Source: an uncultured Acidobacteriota bacterium
GTDB taxonomy: Bacteria; Acidobacteriota; UBA6911
NCBI GenBank assembly: GCA_963809485.1
Contig: CAWEJX010000005.1
Span: 32,001 to 96,000 of the forward strand
Length of the DNA: 64,000 nt
Reading direction: 5' to 3'
Both the position numbers and the translations under genes were made by a program. The notes beneath the pieces were generated by a model, which was not told where the DNA came from, ran no database searches, and worked only from the letters and a program-made list of their open reading frames with translations. Shown here piece by piece: positions 18,909 to 28,895 of the stretch. Numbering within the stretch: the first letter of the stretch is position 1; each line of letters opens with the position of its first letter.

Positions 18909-19466
18909 ATGATCCGACAGACGATTGATTTCACCAGGAAGGGAATGGAAAAATGCGTGGAGGATATGGGGCAAAACCTGGCTACGATCCGGACAGGGCG
19001 CGCCTCTGTCAGTATCCTCGATCACATCCAGGCCAACTATTACGGCACCCCCACCCCTCTGAACCAGATGGCATCCCTCTCGACGCCGGACCCGACCCTG
19101 ATCGTCATCCAGCCGTGGGATCCCTCGACCATTGCGGCCATCGAGAAGGCCATCCTGGTATCCGATCTGGGTTTGACTCCCACGAACGACGGAAAGGTCA
19201 TCCGGCTGCCCATCCCTCCGCTCACCCAGGAGAGGCGCAAGCAGCTGGCCAAATCGGTCGCGCACATCGGCGAGCAGCACAAGGTTGCAGTGCGCCAGGT
19301 CCGCCACGACGCGAACGATCAGCTCAAAACCTACCTCAAGGACAAGAAGATCTCCGAGGACGAAGAGAAGGATGCCCTGAAAAAAGTCCAGGACATGACC
19401 AACACCTATATCGGGAAAATTGAAGAGCTTCAGAAAAAAAAGGAATCCGAAATTCTCGAGATCTGA
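18909..19466 (+). CDS. frr: Ribosome recycling factor
   Basis: IRTGRA, YYGTPTPL, LGLTP.NDG, PPLTQERR. Confidence 0.97.
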   Translation: MIRQTIDFTRKGMEKCVEDMGQNLATIRTGRASVSILDHIQANYYGTPTPLNQMASLSTPDPTLIVIQPWDPSTIAAIEKAILVSDLGLTPTNDGKVIRLPIPPLTQERRKQLAKSVAHIGEQHKVAVRQVRHDANDQLKTYLKDKKISEDEEKDALKKVQDMTNTYIGKIEELQKKKESEILEI

Positions 19467-19629
19467 TCTTCTGCAGGCCGTCATTACAATGGTTGCAGGC
19501 CTCGAATCTCGGGTCGCAGGTCAAAAGCCCGGGATTTTCAGCCTGCAGCCTGAGACCTGAAACCTCCAGCAGCATCTGAATAGTTTTGACCGCCGGCCAT
19601 GTTTTGCCGATAAGCTGCCAAAGGTTCGT

Positions 19630-20274
19630 ATGATTGATTGGCTCAAAGACGCATTCCACCTGATCTCCGATGTGCAGGGCTTAATCCAATGGGGCGGGAT
19701 GTTCCTTGTCTGCTCCATCATTTTTGTCGAGACCGGGCTTTTTTTCGGATTCTTTCTCCCGGGGGATTCGCTGCTGGTCACCGCCGGCATATTCTGCGCC
19801 GCAGGCCATCTCCCTCTGGGCTGGCTGCTGTTCCTTGTGCCCCTGTGCGCATTCACGGGCGATCAATTGGGCTACTGGATAGGGCGACGGGCGGGACAGG
19901 CTCTCTATAATAAGGAAGACTCTTTTCTTTTCAAGAAGCGGCACCTGGAAAGAGCCCGCGATTTCTATAACAAATACGGCGGGAAAACGCTGATTCTGGC
20001 GCGTTTCGTCCCGATCGTTCGAACCTTCGTCCAGCCGGTGGCCGGCGCCGCCGGAATGAAATACCGCCGCTACGTCGGTTTCAGCATCCTGGGCGCATTC
20101 CTGTGGGTCTGGAGCATGGTGCTGCTCGGGTATTTCCTGGGTACGTCGGTCCCGAATGTCGACCAGAACATTCATATCGTCGTGGCGATAGTGGTTTTTG
20201 TGTCCCTATTGCCGGCTGTGTTTGAAGCCATACGGCAGAAGAGTCAGGCACCTCCGGCAAAGCCCGAAGCTTGA
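19630..20274 (+). CDS. DedA (VTT/SNARE-associated) family membrane protein
   Basis: ETGLFFGFFLPGDSLL, ARFVPIVRTF. Confidence 0.92.
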   Translation: MIDWLKDAFHLISDVQGLIQWGGMFLVCSIIFVETGLFFGFFLPGDSLLVTAGIFCAAGHLPLGWLLFLVPLCAFTGDQLGYWIGRRAGQALYNKEDSFLFKKRHLERARDFYNKYGGKTLILARFVPIVRTFVQPVAGAAGMKYRRYVGFSILGAFLWVWSMVLLGYFLGTSVPNVDQNIHIVVAIVVFVSLLPAVFEAIRQKSQAPPAKPEA

Positions 20275-20441
20275 AAGATTGGAACCGCTCAATGCGGTTG
20301 GAGGAGTTACGCTGGTCTTGAACGCCGACCCTCGCCGAACAAATCGGCGTTTGTCAGCGCTTTTGCCAGCGTATCTCAGCGCCTCAAAATACGGAGCCGT
20401 CAAACTCCATGAGTCCTCGGCAGAGCCGGGGGTTTACCCAT
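20242..20441 (-). mobile_element. Family A element, short copy lacking the whole nested hairpin cassette
   Basis: Reverse complement has both ends joined as ggcgagggtcggcg|ttcaagacc. Confidence 0.8.
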
Positions 20442-20565
20442 AGAATCAAAAGCCCGCGGAAAGCGCTCCCGCCCGATCCGAAAAATCCATGCCTTTGATT
20501 GCCGCCGGGCTTGTAAGGCGGGCCATCTTCGAGTAACATGACGCATTTCCAACGGGGTTACGGGT

Positions 20566-21132
20566 ATGATGATTGCCGCTACACAGATAAAGCGGGGTAT
20601 GACCATTAAGCTCAACGGGGAACTGTACCGGGTCTTCTCGTTTCAACACATCACGCCGGGGAACTGGCGGGGCATGGTTCAGACCAAGCTGAAATCCATT
20701 AAATCAGGTTCCATCATCGAGCACCGGTTCCGCTCCGAAGACCGGGTCGAACAGGCTTACCTGGAAACCCTGGAAATGGAGTACCTGTATGCCGACGGCA
20801 GCGATTACCACTTCATGAACACTGAAACCTTCGAGCAGACTCACCTGTCGGCCGAAACGCTCGAAGATGCCATCCCCTTCATGACTCCGAATATCAAACT
20901 GCAGATCGAGTTCTACGAGGGAAGGGCGATCGGGGTGGAGATGCCCGCGTCCGTGGAACTGAAAGTGGTCTCGACCGAGCCTGCGCTGCGCGGCGCCACG
21001 GTGAGCAACGTGAACAAACCCGCGACGCTCGAAACCGGTCTCGTCATCCAGGTCCCGCCCTTCATCAACGAAGGCGAACTCATCCGCGTGGATACCAGCG
21101 AAGGTAAGTACCTCGAGCGCGTAAAGAACTAA
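20566..21132 (+). CDS. efp: Elongation factor P (PGNW loop variant)
   Basis: HITPGNWRGMVQTKL, YHFMNTETFEQ, KPATLETG..IQVPPFI. Confidence 0.93.
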   Translation: MMIAATQIKRGMTIKLNGELYRVFSFQHITPGNWRGMVQTKLKSIKSGSIIEHRFRSEDRVEQAYLETLEMEYLYADGSDYHFMNTETFEQTHLSAETLEDAIPFMTPNIKLQIEFYEGRAIGVEMPASVELKVVSTEPALRGATVSNVNKPATLETGLVIQVPPFINEGELIRVDTSEGKYLERVKN

Positions 21133-21182
21133 CGTGGAACGTTGAACGTTGGAACGTTCAAACGTTCAAACGTTTCCACCTT
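21132..21182. repeat. AACGTT array (family D) starting at the efp stop
   Basis: aacgtggaacgttgaacgttggaacgttcaaacgttcaaacgtttccacc. Confidence 0.8.
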
Positions 21183-21289
21183 CTCCTCTCTCATCAAAAA
21201 AGTTCATCACTCGGTTATTGCTTTCATGGTCGGTGTCTGGTAATTTTTTCGGCTTGGCATTCGGCATAACCATGAGGTGATCTGAACCG

Positions 21290-23206
21290 ATGAAAGAATT
21301 AACTCAGAGCCTCCGCCTGTCTCCGAGTGAAATCCCCAACCGCATTTATGGAGTGGACAACTGGAGCGGAGGATATTTCGGAGTCAGCGAGCAGGGCTGC
21401 CTTACCGTCCACCCCACTCGAAATCCGCTCATGGGCGTCGAACTCACCTCCCTGATCCAGACGCTTCTCCAGCGCAAAGTCACGCCGCCTTTCCTGCTGC
21501 GCTTCCCCCAGATCCTGGACACGCAAATCAAGGAACTGCACGAGGCTTTCCGCAACTCCATCGCGGAATACAACTACGGGGCGCGTCACCGGGGCGTCTT
21601 TCCCATGAAGGTGAACCAGAAGAAGAGCGTGGTGGAACGCCTGATGGCCGCCGGACACCGCTATGAATACGGGCTCGAGGTCGGCACCAAGGCGGAACTG
21701 GCCGCCGCGATCACTCTCCCGATCCATCCCAACGCGCTGCTGATCTGCAACGGCGTCAAGGACCGCCGCTATCTGGAATGGGCGATGCTGTCGGCGAAGA
21801 TCGGGAAAAACCCGGTCGTGGTCATTGAGGAAGTCGGCGACCTGAAGAAGGTCGAAGAAGTCGCCCACGCGCTCGGGCTGCGCCCCAACCTGGGGATACG
21901 CGTCCGGGTGTTTTCCCGCGGCGCCGGGAAATGGGAGGAGTCCGGAGGAGAAACCTCGAAGTTCGGCATCAACACCATTCAGCTGCTCGATTGCCTGCGC
22001 ATGGCTTCCGATCATGAGATGGCGCGCCAGATCAAGATGCTGCACTTCCATATCGGTTCCCAGATCACCGACATACGCAGGATCAAGAACGCGATCAAGG
22101 AAGCCGCCCGCGTCTATGCCAAAGTGCATAAAATGGGCTTCCCGATCGAATACCTCAATGTCGGCGGGGGACTCGGCGTCGATTACGACGGCAGCCGCAC
22201 CGCTTCGGATTGCAGCGTCAACTACACCATGCAGGAGTTTGCCAACGACATCGTTTATACCATCAACGAAATCTGCCAGTCCGAAAACGTCCCTCCGCCC
22301 ACCATCGTGACGGAGAGCGGCCGCGCCGTCGCCGCCCATCACGCGCTGTTTCTCATGAACGTGATCCGGACCCTGAATCCCGGCCTGGGCGGATCCGAAA
22401 TCGACCCGTCCAAGGTCGACTCCGAGGTGGTCCGGGAAATGATGGACCTGTACAAGGACATCCATCCCAAAAATTTCCGCGAGTACTACCACGATGCCCT
22501 GCAGCACCGCGAGGAGCTTCAGTCGCTTTTCAACCTGGGGTACCTGAACCTGCAGAACCGCGCCCAGGGGGAATGGCTTTTCTGGGAAATTTGCCGCAAG
22601 GCGATCAAATTCTCCCGGTCCATGAAAGAGCGCCCGGAGGAATTCATCGACCTGGAAAATATCCTGGCCAGCAAATACCTCTGCAACTTTTCGGTTTTCC
22701 AGTCGACCCCGGACAGCTGGGCGCTGGACCAGCTCTTTCCCATCATACCCATCAACCGACTGACGGAAGAGCCGACCGAGCGAGCCACGCTCTGCGACAT
22801 CACCTGCGATTCCGACGGCCAGATCGACAAATTCGTCGACCTGCGCGACGTCAAACAGGCCCTGGAGCTACACGGCGTGAACTCGGAGCCCTATTACCTG
22901 GCCATCTTCCTGATCGGCGCCTACCAGGAATCCCTGGGGATGAACCACAACCTGCTGGGTTCCGTCAATGAGGCCCATTTTCTGATTGACGATGCCGGCC
23001 GCCCGCACATCGACAAGGTGATCCGCGGGGAATCCCTGGGACAGGTCCTGGCAAGCGCCGGCTACAATGCCCAGGAACTCATGGAAAACTTTAAGGGATT
23101 GCTGCAAAGTGCGAATGCACAAGAGAAAATCGCCAGTGCAGAACAGGAAAGCCTCAGCGATTCATTCCAGTCCACGCTCGACAGCTACACTTATCTTGAA
23201 GATTAA
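21290..23206 (+). CDS. speA: Biosynthetic arginine decarboxylase
   Basis: FPMKVNQ, GLEVGTK, HFHIGSQI, GGGLGVDYDG, NFSVFQS.PDSWA, DITCDSDG. Confidence 0.95.
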   Translation: MKELTQSLRLSPSEIPNRIYGVDNWSGGYFGVSEQGCLTVHPTRNPLMGVELTSLIQTLLQRKVTPPFLLRFPQILDTQIKELHEAFRNSIAEYNYGARHRGVFPMKVNQKKSVVERLMAAGHRYEYGLEVGTKAELAAAITLPIHPNALLICNGVKDRRYLEWAMLSAKIGKNPVVVIEEVGDLKKVEEVAHALGLRPNLGIRVRVFSRGAGKWEESGGETSKFGINTIQLLDCLRMASDHEMARQIKMLHFHIGSQITDIRRIKNAIKEAARVYAKVHKMGFPIEYLNVGGGLGVDYDGSRTASDCSVNYTMQEFANDIVYTINEICQSENVPPPTIVTESGRAVAAHHALFLMNVIRTLNPGLGGSEIDPSKVDSEVVREMMDLYKDIHPKNFREYYHDALQHREELQSLFNLGYLNLQNRAQGEWLFWEICRKAIKFSRSMKERPEEFIDLENILASKYLCNFSVFQSTPDSWALDQLFPIIPINRLTEEPTERATLCDITCDSDGQIDKFVDLRDVKQALELHGVNSEPYYLAIFLIGAYQESLGMNHNLLGSVNEAHFLIDDAGRPHIDKVIRGESLGQVLASAGYNAQELMENFKGLLQSANAQEKIASAEQESLSDSFQSTLDSYTYLED

Positions 23207-23251
23207 ACGTTGGAGCGTTTGCACGTTGCACGTGACATCCTTCTTTAATTC

Positions 23252-23648
23252 CATTGGTACACACCAGGCTCTGCCGGGCGACTCATGGAGTTTGACAGCT
23301 CCGTGTTTTGAAACGCTGAGATACGCTGACAAAAGCGCCGACAAACGCCGATTTGTTCGGCGAAGGTCGGCGAGCAAAAGCCGATGAGGCGCTTCCGATA
23401 GAGTTTTCTGCGGCGGCACTGTGGCAAGCGCCGTGCGACAAGGAGATGGAGGGTCTTAGAAAGCGGGCGTTTGCCACAGTGCCGCCGCAGAAAACTGTCC
23501 AGCGCGGAGCGCTGGCCCTTGCGGGGATCGGAAGCGCCTCATCGGCTTTTGCCCGCGTAAGTCAGCGTTCAAGACCGGCGGAACTCATCCAACCGCTTTG
23601 AGCGGTCCAAATTTTTCAAGCCTCCAGCTTCGCCGGAGGTGCCTGACT
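23252..23648 (+). mobile_element. Family A element, full copy (inner loop orientation 1)
   Basis: Collinear with 7885-8277; lies between convergent speA and argH. Confidence 0.8.
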
Positions 23649-23668
23649 AATGCTCCACTTTCCACGCT

Positions 23669-25054
23669 TCAGCTATGTATGCGTTTGCGGAACGACCGGA
23701 GCGACCGGCGGATTGCAGACGGAGCGGTGCCGCCGGGTTCTTTGCGGCGCGACAGGGCTTTCTCGAGTTTCAGCCATTCGAAAAGATCGCCTTCGAATAG
23801 CGGGGAGAAGCTCTGGTATTCCCGGAGCGGCAGTTGCTCCAGGGCGGTTTCCAGTTCGGAAGCCCTCATCACGACTTTTCCAACCAGCCGGTGCGCTTCG
23901 CGGAATGGCATTTTCCGGGAGACCAGGTAATCGGCCAAATCGGTCGCGTTCAAATAGCCCCGCAAGGCTGCTTCCTGCATACGTTCCGGCGCAATGCGCA
24001 TCTTTTCAAGGACTCGCCCGATCATCTGCAGGCAATTCTCGACCGTGACGACGGTGTCGAAGAGGCCTTCCTTGTCCTCCTGGAGATCTTTGTTATAGGT
24101 CATCGGCAGGCCTTTCAGCACGGTCAGGAGGGAAAGCAGATGTCCGAAAACCCTGCCGGCCTTACCGCGCACCAGTTCGAGCGCATCCGGATTCTTCTTT
24201 TGCGGCATAAGGCTGCTGCCGGATGAGACGCTGTCGTCCATCTGCACGAAGCCGAACTCGGCGGAACTGTACAGGACCAGGTCCTCGGACAGGCGGCTGA
24301 GGTGCATGAGAAGGGTGCTGGCGAAAAAAAGAAAATCGAGGACAAAATCGCGGTCGGCGACCGCGTCCATGCTGTTGGGGGCAGCGGAGGAAAAACCGAG
24401 GTCGCGGGCAAGCGCGATGCGGTCCACGGCGTACACCGTGCCGGACAGCGCTCCGGCTCCCAGCGGGCAGACGTCGATTCGTTCGAGAGCTTCCCTCAGC
24501 CTTACGCGGTCGCGCATCAGCATCTCCCCGAAAGCGAGGAGGTAGTGGGAGAAATAGACCGGCTGCGCGCGCTGCAGATGCGTGTATCCGGGCAGGATCA
24601 CGGAAAAATATTTTTCTGCGAGATTCGCCAGCGTCTCCAGCAGGCCGCGGATCAGGGTGTCAATTCCAATTTCCTTTTGTTTGAGGTAAAGGCGCAGGTC
24701 GGCGGCCACCTGATCGTTGCGGCTCCGGCCGGTATGGAGTTTCCGGGCGAGGACGCCGGTTTTTTGCGCCAGAGCCTCTTCCACGTATGTGTGGACGTCC
24801 TCCGCCTGGCTGCGGCCGATCATGTCCGGGTCGCGGCGGTTCTGCTCGAGCAGGAGGCGCAGCCCTTTTTCCACGCTCATCCTTTCCCTGCGCGTGAACA
24901 CGCCCGCGCGTTCCAGCGCCCGCGCGTAGGCAAGGCTTCCCTCGATGTCCGCTTCCAGAAGAACGCGGTCGAAGGGCAGGGAATCGTTGAATCTGGCGAA
25001 AAGCGGATCCTCCTCCGAGGCAAAACGTCCTCCCCAAAGCTTTTTCCTGGACAA
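23669..25054 (-). CDS. argH: Argininosuccinate lyase
   Basis: KLWGGRF, HTGRSRNDQV, PGYTHLQRAQP, GSSLMPQKKNPD; probable TTG start after AGGAGG. Confidence 0.95.
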   Translation of the reverse strand: MSRKKLWGGRFASEEDPLFARFNDSLPFDRVLLEADIEGSLAYARALERAGVFTRRERMSVEKGLRLLLEQNRRDPDMIGRSQAEDVHTYVEEALAQKTGVLARKLHTGRSRNDQVAADLRLYLKQKEIGIDTLIRGLLETLANLAEKYFSVILPGYTHLQRAQPVYFSHYLLAFGEMLMRDRVRLREALERIDVCPLGAGALSGTVYAVDRIALARDLGFSSAAPNSMDAVADRDFVLDFLFFASTLLMHLSRLSEDLVLYSSAEFGFVQMDDSVSSGSSLMPQKKNPDALELVRGKAGRVFGHLLSLLTVLKGLPMTYNKDLQEDKEGLFDTVVTVENCLQMIGRVLEKMRIAPERMQEAALRGYLNATDLADYLVSRKMPFREAHRLVGKVVMRASELETALEQLPLREYQSFSPLFEGDLFEWLKLEKALSRRKEPGGTAPSAIRRSLRSFRKRIHS

Positions 25055-25167
25055 GCTCACCTCCTGTGAAACGACGATTCTTGCAGATTTGTGCAACTCC
25101 GACAATGGTTTTTGATGGTAATGGGCTCGGATCCTGTTTCGCGTGCTGGCCAGATCAATGAGAGAGG

Positions 25168-25256
25168 AACGTTGAACGTTTGCACGTTGAACGTTTTCAC
25201 GTTCCACCTTCCACGTTCAACGTTCAAACGTTTAACGTGCTAACGCGTCAACGTTC
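25168..25256. repeat. AACGTT array (family D) at the activator-gene stop
   Basis: aacgttgaacgtttgcacgttgaacgttttcacgttccaccttccacgttcaacgttcaaacgtttaacgtg. Confidence 0.85.
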
Positions 25257-26669
25257 TTCGGCTTCGTCTTCGCTTGCGGAATGGGCTTCCATGCCCATGC
25301 GGCGCAGTTTTTCGACGAAGGTCGTGCGCTTGAGGTGAAGGAGCGAGGCTGCCTTCTTTTTATTTCCGCCCGAAATCTGGAGGCTTTGAAGGATCAGCTG
25401 TTTTTCGAGTTGGGAAATCATGGTGTTGAAATGGATGCCGTCGTTAGGAATGTCGAAGCCGTGAAAGGGCGCCGCCTTGTCGGAGGGTCTGGCCACCACG
25501 GGAAAATCCCCGGCATCCAGCACATCCCTTTCCCCGGACAGGGCCACGGCCATTTCGACGGAATTCTCCAGCTGGCGGACGTTTCCCGGCCAGTCGTACA
25601 TCATCAGGTACTTCACGGCGTCGTGAGACACGCGCTTGAGGGGAAGCTTCTGGTCGGTGCAGTATTTGCGCACAAAGTGGCTGACCAGCAGGGGAATGTC
25701 CTCCCGCCTCTGCCTCAGCGGCAGAACCCGTACCGGTATGACGTTCAGGCGGTAATAAAGGTCTTCCCGGAAGGTGCCTTTCTCGACGGCAGCGAGAAGG
25801 TCGCCGTTGGTCGCCGCGATGATGCGGACGTCCACCTTGACGGTGGCGGCGCTGCCGACTCTCTGGAATTCCCGCTCCTGGAGCACGCGCAGCAGCTTCA
25901 CCTGAAGATCCGCCGGCATATTGGACACTTCGTCCAGGAACAACGTTCCGTGGTTGGCCTGCTCAAACCTTCCGATCCTGTGCTGGTGGGCGCTGGTGAA
26001 GGCCCCTTTGACATGGCCGAACAGCTCATCTTCGAGCAGGTTGGACGGGATGGCGCCGCAGTTCACGCATACCAGGGGCTGATCCTTCCGGGGCCCGTTG
26101 TAATGAATGGCCCGCGCTATCAGCTCCTTGCCGGTCCCTGTTTCTCCTTCGATCAGGACGGTGCTGGTCTTCTGGGCCACAACCTCGATCAGGCGGTAGA
26201 TGTTCTGCATCGCCGTGCTGGCGCCCACGATGTTGGAATAATGATATCGGTCGCGCAATTCGTCCCGCAGCATGCGGTTCTCGGATTTGAGGCGGCGCTC
26301 CGCGAGACCCTTTTCCACCCGCATAACCAGTTCGGCGAGCTGGAAAGGTTTGGGGATGTAATCGAAGGCCCCTTTGCGGATGGCCTCGACGGCGGACTGG
26401 ATATTTCCGAACCCCGTCATCACGATGACAACCGTCTCGGGGAAGAGCGATACAGCCTCCTCCAGGATCGCCTCGCCGGTTAATCCTGGCATGCGCAAAT
26501 CGGTGATGATGACGTTGTAGGGGAACTGCCGGAGCATCGCGAGAGCCATTTTCCCATCTGCCGCCTCCTCGACTTCATAGCCCGCGTTTTCGAGAGCCCG
26601 GCGGACCACCTCCCGTATGTAGTCCTCATCATCTACAACAAGGATCTTCATGTCCCTTTTAGGTTCCAT
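25248..26669 (-). CDS. Sigma-54-dependent response regulator (REC-AAA+-HTH; NtrC/FlrC/FleQ-like)
   Basis: ILVVDDE, TDLRMP, GETGTGKE, ELFGHVKGAFTSA, WPGNVRQLEN, LHLKRTTFVEKLRR. Confidence 0.92.
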   Translation of the reverse strand: MEPKRDMKILVVDDEDYIREVVRRALENAGYEVEEAADGKMALAMLRQFPYNVIITDLRMPGLTGEAILEEAVSLFPETVVIVMTGFGNIQSAVEAIRKGAFDYIPKPFQLAELVMRVEKGLAERRLKSENRMLRDELRDRYHYSNIVGASTAMQNIYRLIEVVAQKTSTVLIEGETGTGKELIARAIHYNGPRKDQPLVCVNCGAIPSNLLEDELFGHVKGAFTSAHQHRIGRFEQANHGTLFLDEVSNMPADLQVKLLRVLQEREFQRVGSAATVKVDVRIIAATNGDLLAAVEKGTFREDLYYRLNVIPVRVLPLRQRREDIPLLVSHFVRKYCTDQKLPLKRVSHDAVKYLMMYDWPGNVRQLENSVEMAVALSGERDVLDAGDFPVVARPSDKAAPFHGFDIPNDGIHFNTMISQLEKQLILQSLQISGGNKKKAASLLHLKRTTFVEKLRRMGMEAHSASEDEAEER

Positions 26670-26754
26670 TTTTTGGCTCAAAATGTCTGGCGGATTAAAG
26701 GCCGTTAATGATCAGCTATGCAACTGCAAATTCAGGGTTTTTATATATCTCATA

Positions 26755-26824
26755 TTATTCACATTTGTCAATCCCTGTTTGTTGTGGAAAAGCTGTGGAA
26801 AACCTGTCAATAACCGGTGAAAAA
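26755..26824. promoter_or_regulatory. DnaA-box-like cluster overlapping the putative promoter of the sigma-54 activator
   Basis: TTATTCACA 26755-63; TGTGGAAAA 26783 and 26794, TGTCAATAA 26805, GGTGAAAAA 26816 at 11-bp spacing; minus-strand TTGACA at 26766-71. Confidence 0.5.
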
Positions 26825-26935
26825 GGCCAATTTTACCCAAATATTGTCACCGCCTCTCCGATGGCAAAATCCCCAGCGTCAAAAAACCGATACCGTAAAA
26901 ATAAATAGAATCTAGTGAGGGCGGATCTTTTTTTA

Positions 26936-26975
26936 ACGCTGATGGACGCCGATAGACGCTGACGTACGCTGAAAA
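26936..26975 (+). repeat. ACGCYGA phased array (family C)
   Basis: acgctgatggacgccgatagacgctgacgtacgctgaaaaa. Confidence 0.75.
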
Positions 26976-27257
26976 ATCAGAAAGCAAAGCCGCCCGATTA
27001 AGGCCTCGACAGTCGAAAAGTGTCGGAATTTTGGCGCCCGTGTCAGGAGAACTGTCATAAAAGGGCGCCATCCGGCTTCTGCAAAGCCCTCTGAAGGTCC
27101 GCTGCGCGAACCGGTCTGAATAAAATTTGCCCCGATGCCGGTGGGGCGCCTGCAACGTCAGCGCCCTTTATTTACAGGCTCCCGCGCGTTTTCTGCCGAT
27201 CCGCGGGGGCGGCCAAAACCGGCCTCTTTGCCGTCCGGGACGCCCCAAATGGCCGCA

Positions 27258-27274
27258 TTGGCATACCGATTGCA
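27258..27274 (+). promoter_or_regulatory. Sigma-54 (-24/-12) promoter
   Basis: TTGGCATACCGATTGCA = GG-N10-GC, about 50 bp upstream of the flhA remnant and divergent from the activator gene. Confidence 0.8.
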
Positions 27275-27322
27275 ATTCATGTCTCCGAACACCAACGACA
27301 GGGTGGGGAGATTCTGAAAGCA

Positions 27323-27691
27323 ATGAGAGTTGCAGAAAATTCCGCAGTTTCCAGCAGATTGACAATCTACCGTAGCCTCCACTCGGTTGTCCCCATGGGA
27401 TTGATGGGAATCCTGTTTGTCATGGCGCTGCCCATGCCTGCCATGACAAAGAATCTTCTGATCGGAGCAGTGATCGCGCTTTCCATCCCTGTCGTGCCGG
27501 TGTTCAAGGCTCCTCTGCAACCCTTTCAACTAACAGGATTCCCATCTCTCCTCCTCACAACCGGACATCGGCCGGCAATGAATACCGCAATCCTATCCCC
27601 TATCGTGATGCTTCCCGACCATCAAAACCTATCCCAGGCTGTGCGCGGCCGGTCACTCTGCGCACAAACCTTACAGGAATCCTCTTTATGA
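27323..27691 (+). pseudogene. flhA: Eroded N-terminal remnant of the flagellar export protein FlhA
   Basis: VVPMGLMGILFVMALPMP...IALS...QP.Q..GFPSLLLTT..R.AMN resembles FlhA TM1-3 (..MI.PLP..; FPSLLL.TTLFRL.LN); 122 aa vs about 690 aa; lies directly before flhG-fliA. Confidence 0.7.
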
Positions 27692-28596
27692 CATCACCAT
27701 ATCATTTGGGCGGCGCCGCGGGCAGTCAGCAGTCGAAAACGCGCAGGACCGGCATCCTGAACGGCGACAAAGTTCTGGCCGGAAATCAGCCGCGCGGCCC
27801 CAGGGTTATCGCCGTGACCAGCGGCAAGGGAGGCGTCGGCAAAACCAATGTGGTTGCGAATCTTTCAGTCAGCCTCGCGGAGCTGGGCAAAAAGGTCGTG
27901 GTCCTGGACGCGGATTTCGGCCTGGCCAACCTCGATGTGCTGCTCGGATTGACTCCCCGCTATCACCTCGGCCATGTGCTTTTCGGCGACAGGAGCCTGG
28001 AGGAAGTCATGCTTCCGGGACCCAAAGGCATACGCATCATTCCGGCGAGTTCCGGGCTTCAGCGCATGTCGGAACTGACCCTGGCTCAGCGCAACCAGCT
28101 CGTGGAAAGCTTCACCAGCCTGGATACGGACACGGACTATTTCATCATCGACACCGCGGCGGGAATTTCGCGCAACGTGATTCACTTCCTGATCGCCGCG
28201 CAGGAAATCATCGTGGTCAGCGCTCCCGAGCCCACAGCCATCGTCGATGCCTATGCCGTCATCAAAATCATTCTCGCGGAAGACCGCAAAAAGCAGATAC
28301 AGGTCCTTATCAATTCGGTGGAGCGCGCCCAGGACGCCCAGGACGTGTTCTGCCAGATAAACTCGGTGGTCCAACGCTTCCTCAACCGGGAAGTCGACTA
28401 CTTCGGGCACATCGAATGGGACCTGCATGTGCCCAAAGCCGTTCGGACCCAGACCGTGGTCACCGAGCGCTATCCGGAGGCGGCGGCAAGCCGCTGTTTC
28501 CGCGATCTGGCGCAGCGCATGGTGCTGCGTGAAACTCCCGAGGGATCTTACGAAAGACTGGTTTGGGAAAAGCTTCTCAACGATTGGATCAACTGA
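27688..28596 (+). CDS. flhG: MinD/ParA-family ATPase FlhG/FleN
   Basis: IAVTSGKGGVGKTN, DADFGLANLDVLLG, IIPASSG, IDTAAGIS, PEPTAIVDAYA. Confidence 0.88.
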   Translation: MTSPYHLGGAAGSQQSKTRRTGILNGDKVLAGNQPRGPRVIAVTSGKGGVGKTNVVANLSVSLAELGKKVVVLDADFGLANLDVLLGLTPRYHLGHVLFGDRSLEEVMLPGPKGIRIIPASSGLQRMSELTLAQRNQLVESFTSLDTDTDYFIIDTAAGISRNVIHFLIAAQEIIVVSAPEPTAIVDAYAVIKIILAEDRKKQIQVLINSVERAQDAQDVFCQINSVVQRFLNREVDYFGHIEWDLHVPKAVRTQTVVTERYPEAAASRCFRDLAQRMVLRETPEGSYERLVWEKLLNDWIN

Positions 28597-28895
28597 CACG
28601 ACCGGGAGACCGGAGCGCGATGAAGAACGCCAATGCACGGGAAAAAGCAAAATCCTTCCGATCGGCCGGGGCCGTTCCTCACACGCTCTTCACTTTGAAG
28701 GAAACAGATCCCTTCCCGTCCGGAGAAGGGGATTCCCAGGCATTGCCCGCAACGTTCAGCTTCGGCGCCGGGCAGTGCGAATGTCCACTACTGAAGGCTC
28801 GAATAGCGACCATGGCTCCATCGGACATGGTCCAGCCGATTGAATAGCCTGCAGGGCGGCCTGTCGAGGGCCGGACTGCGCATGAGGAAATAAAA

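Noticed and set aside
26700-26930. Chromosomal oriC
   Set aside because: Few consensus boxes and no dnaA/dnaN/rpmH/gyrB context; kept only as a regulatory candidate.
28620-28847. ORF between flhG and fliA, and ORFs at 29928-30254
   Set aside because: No recognisable similarity or typical composition; probably eroded DNA.
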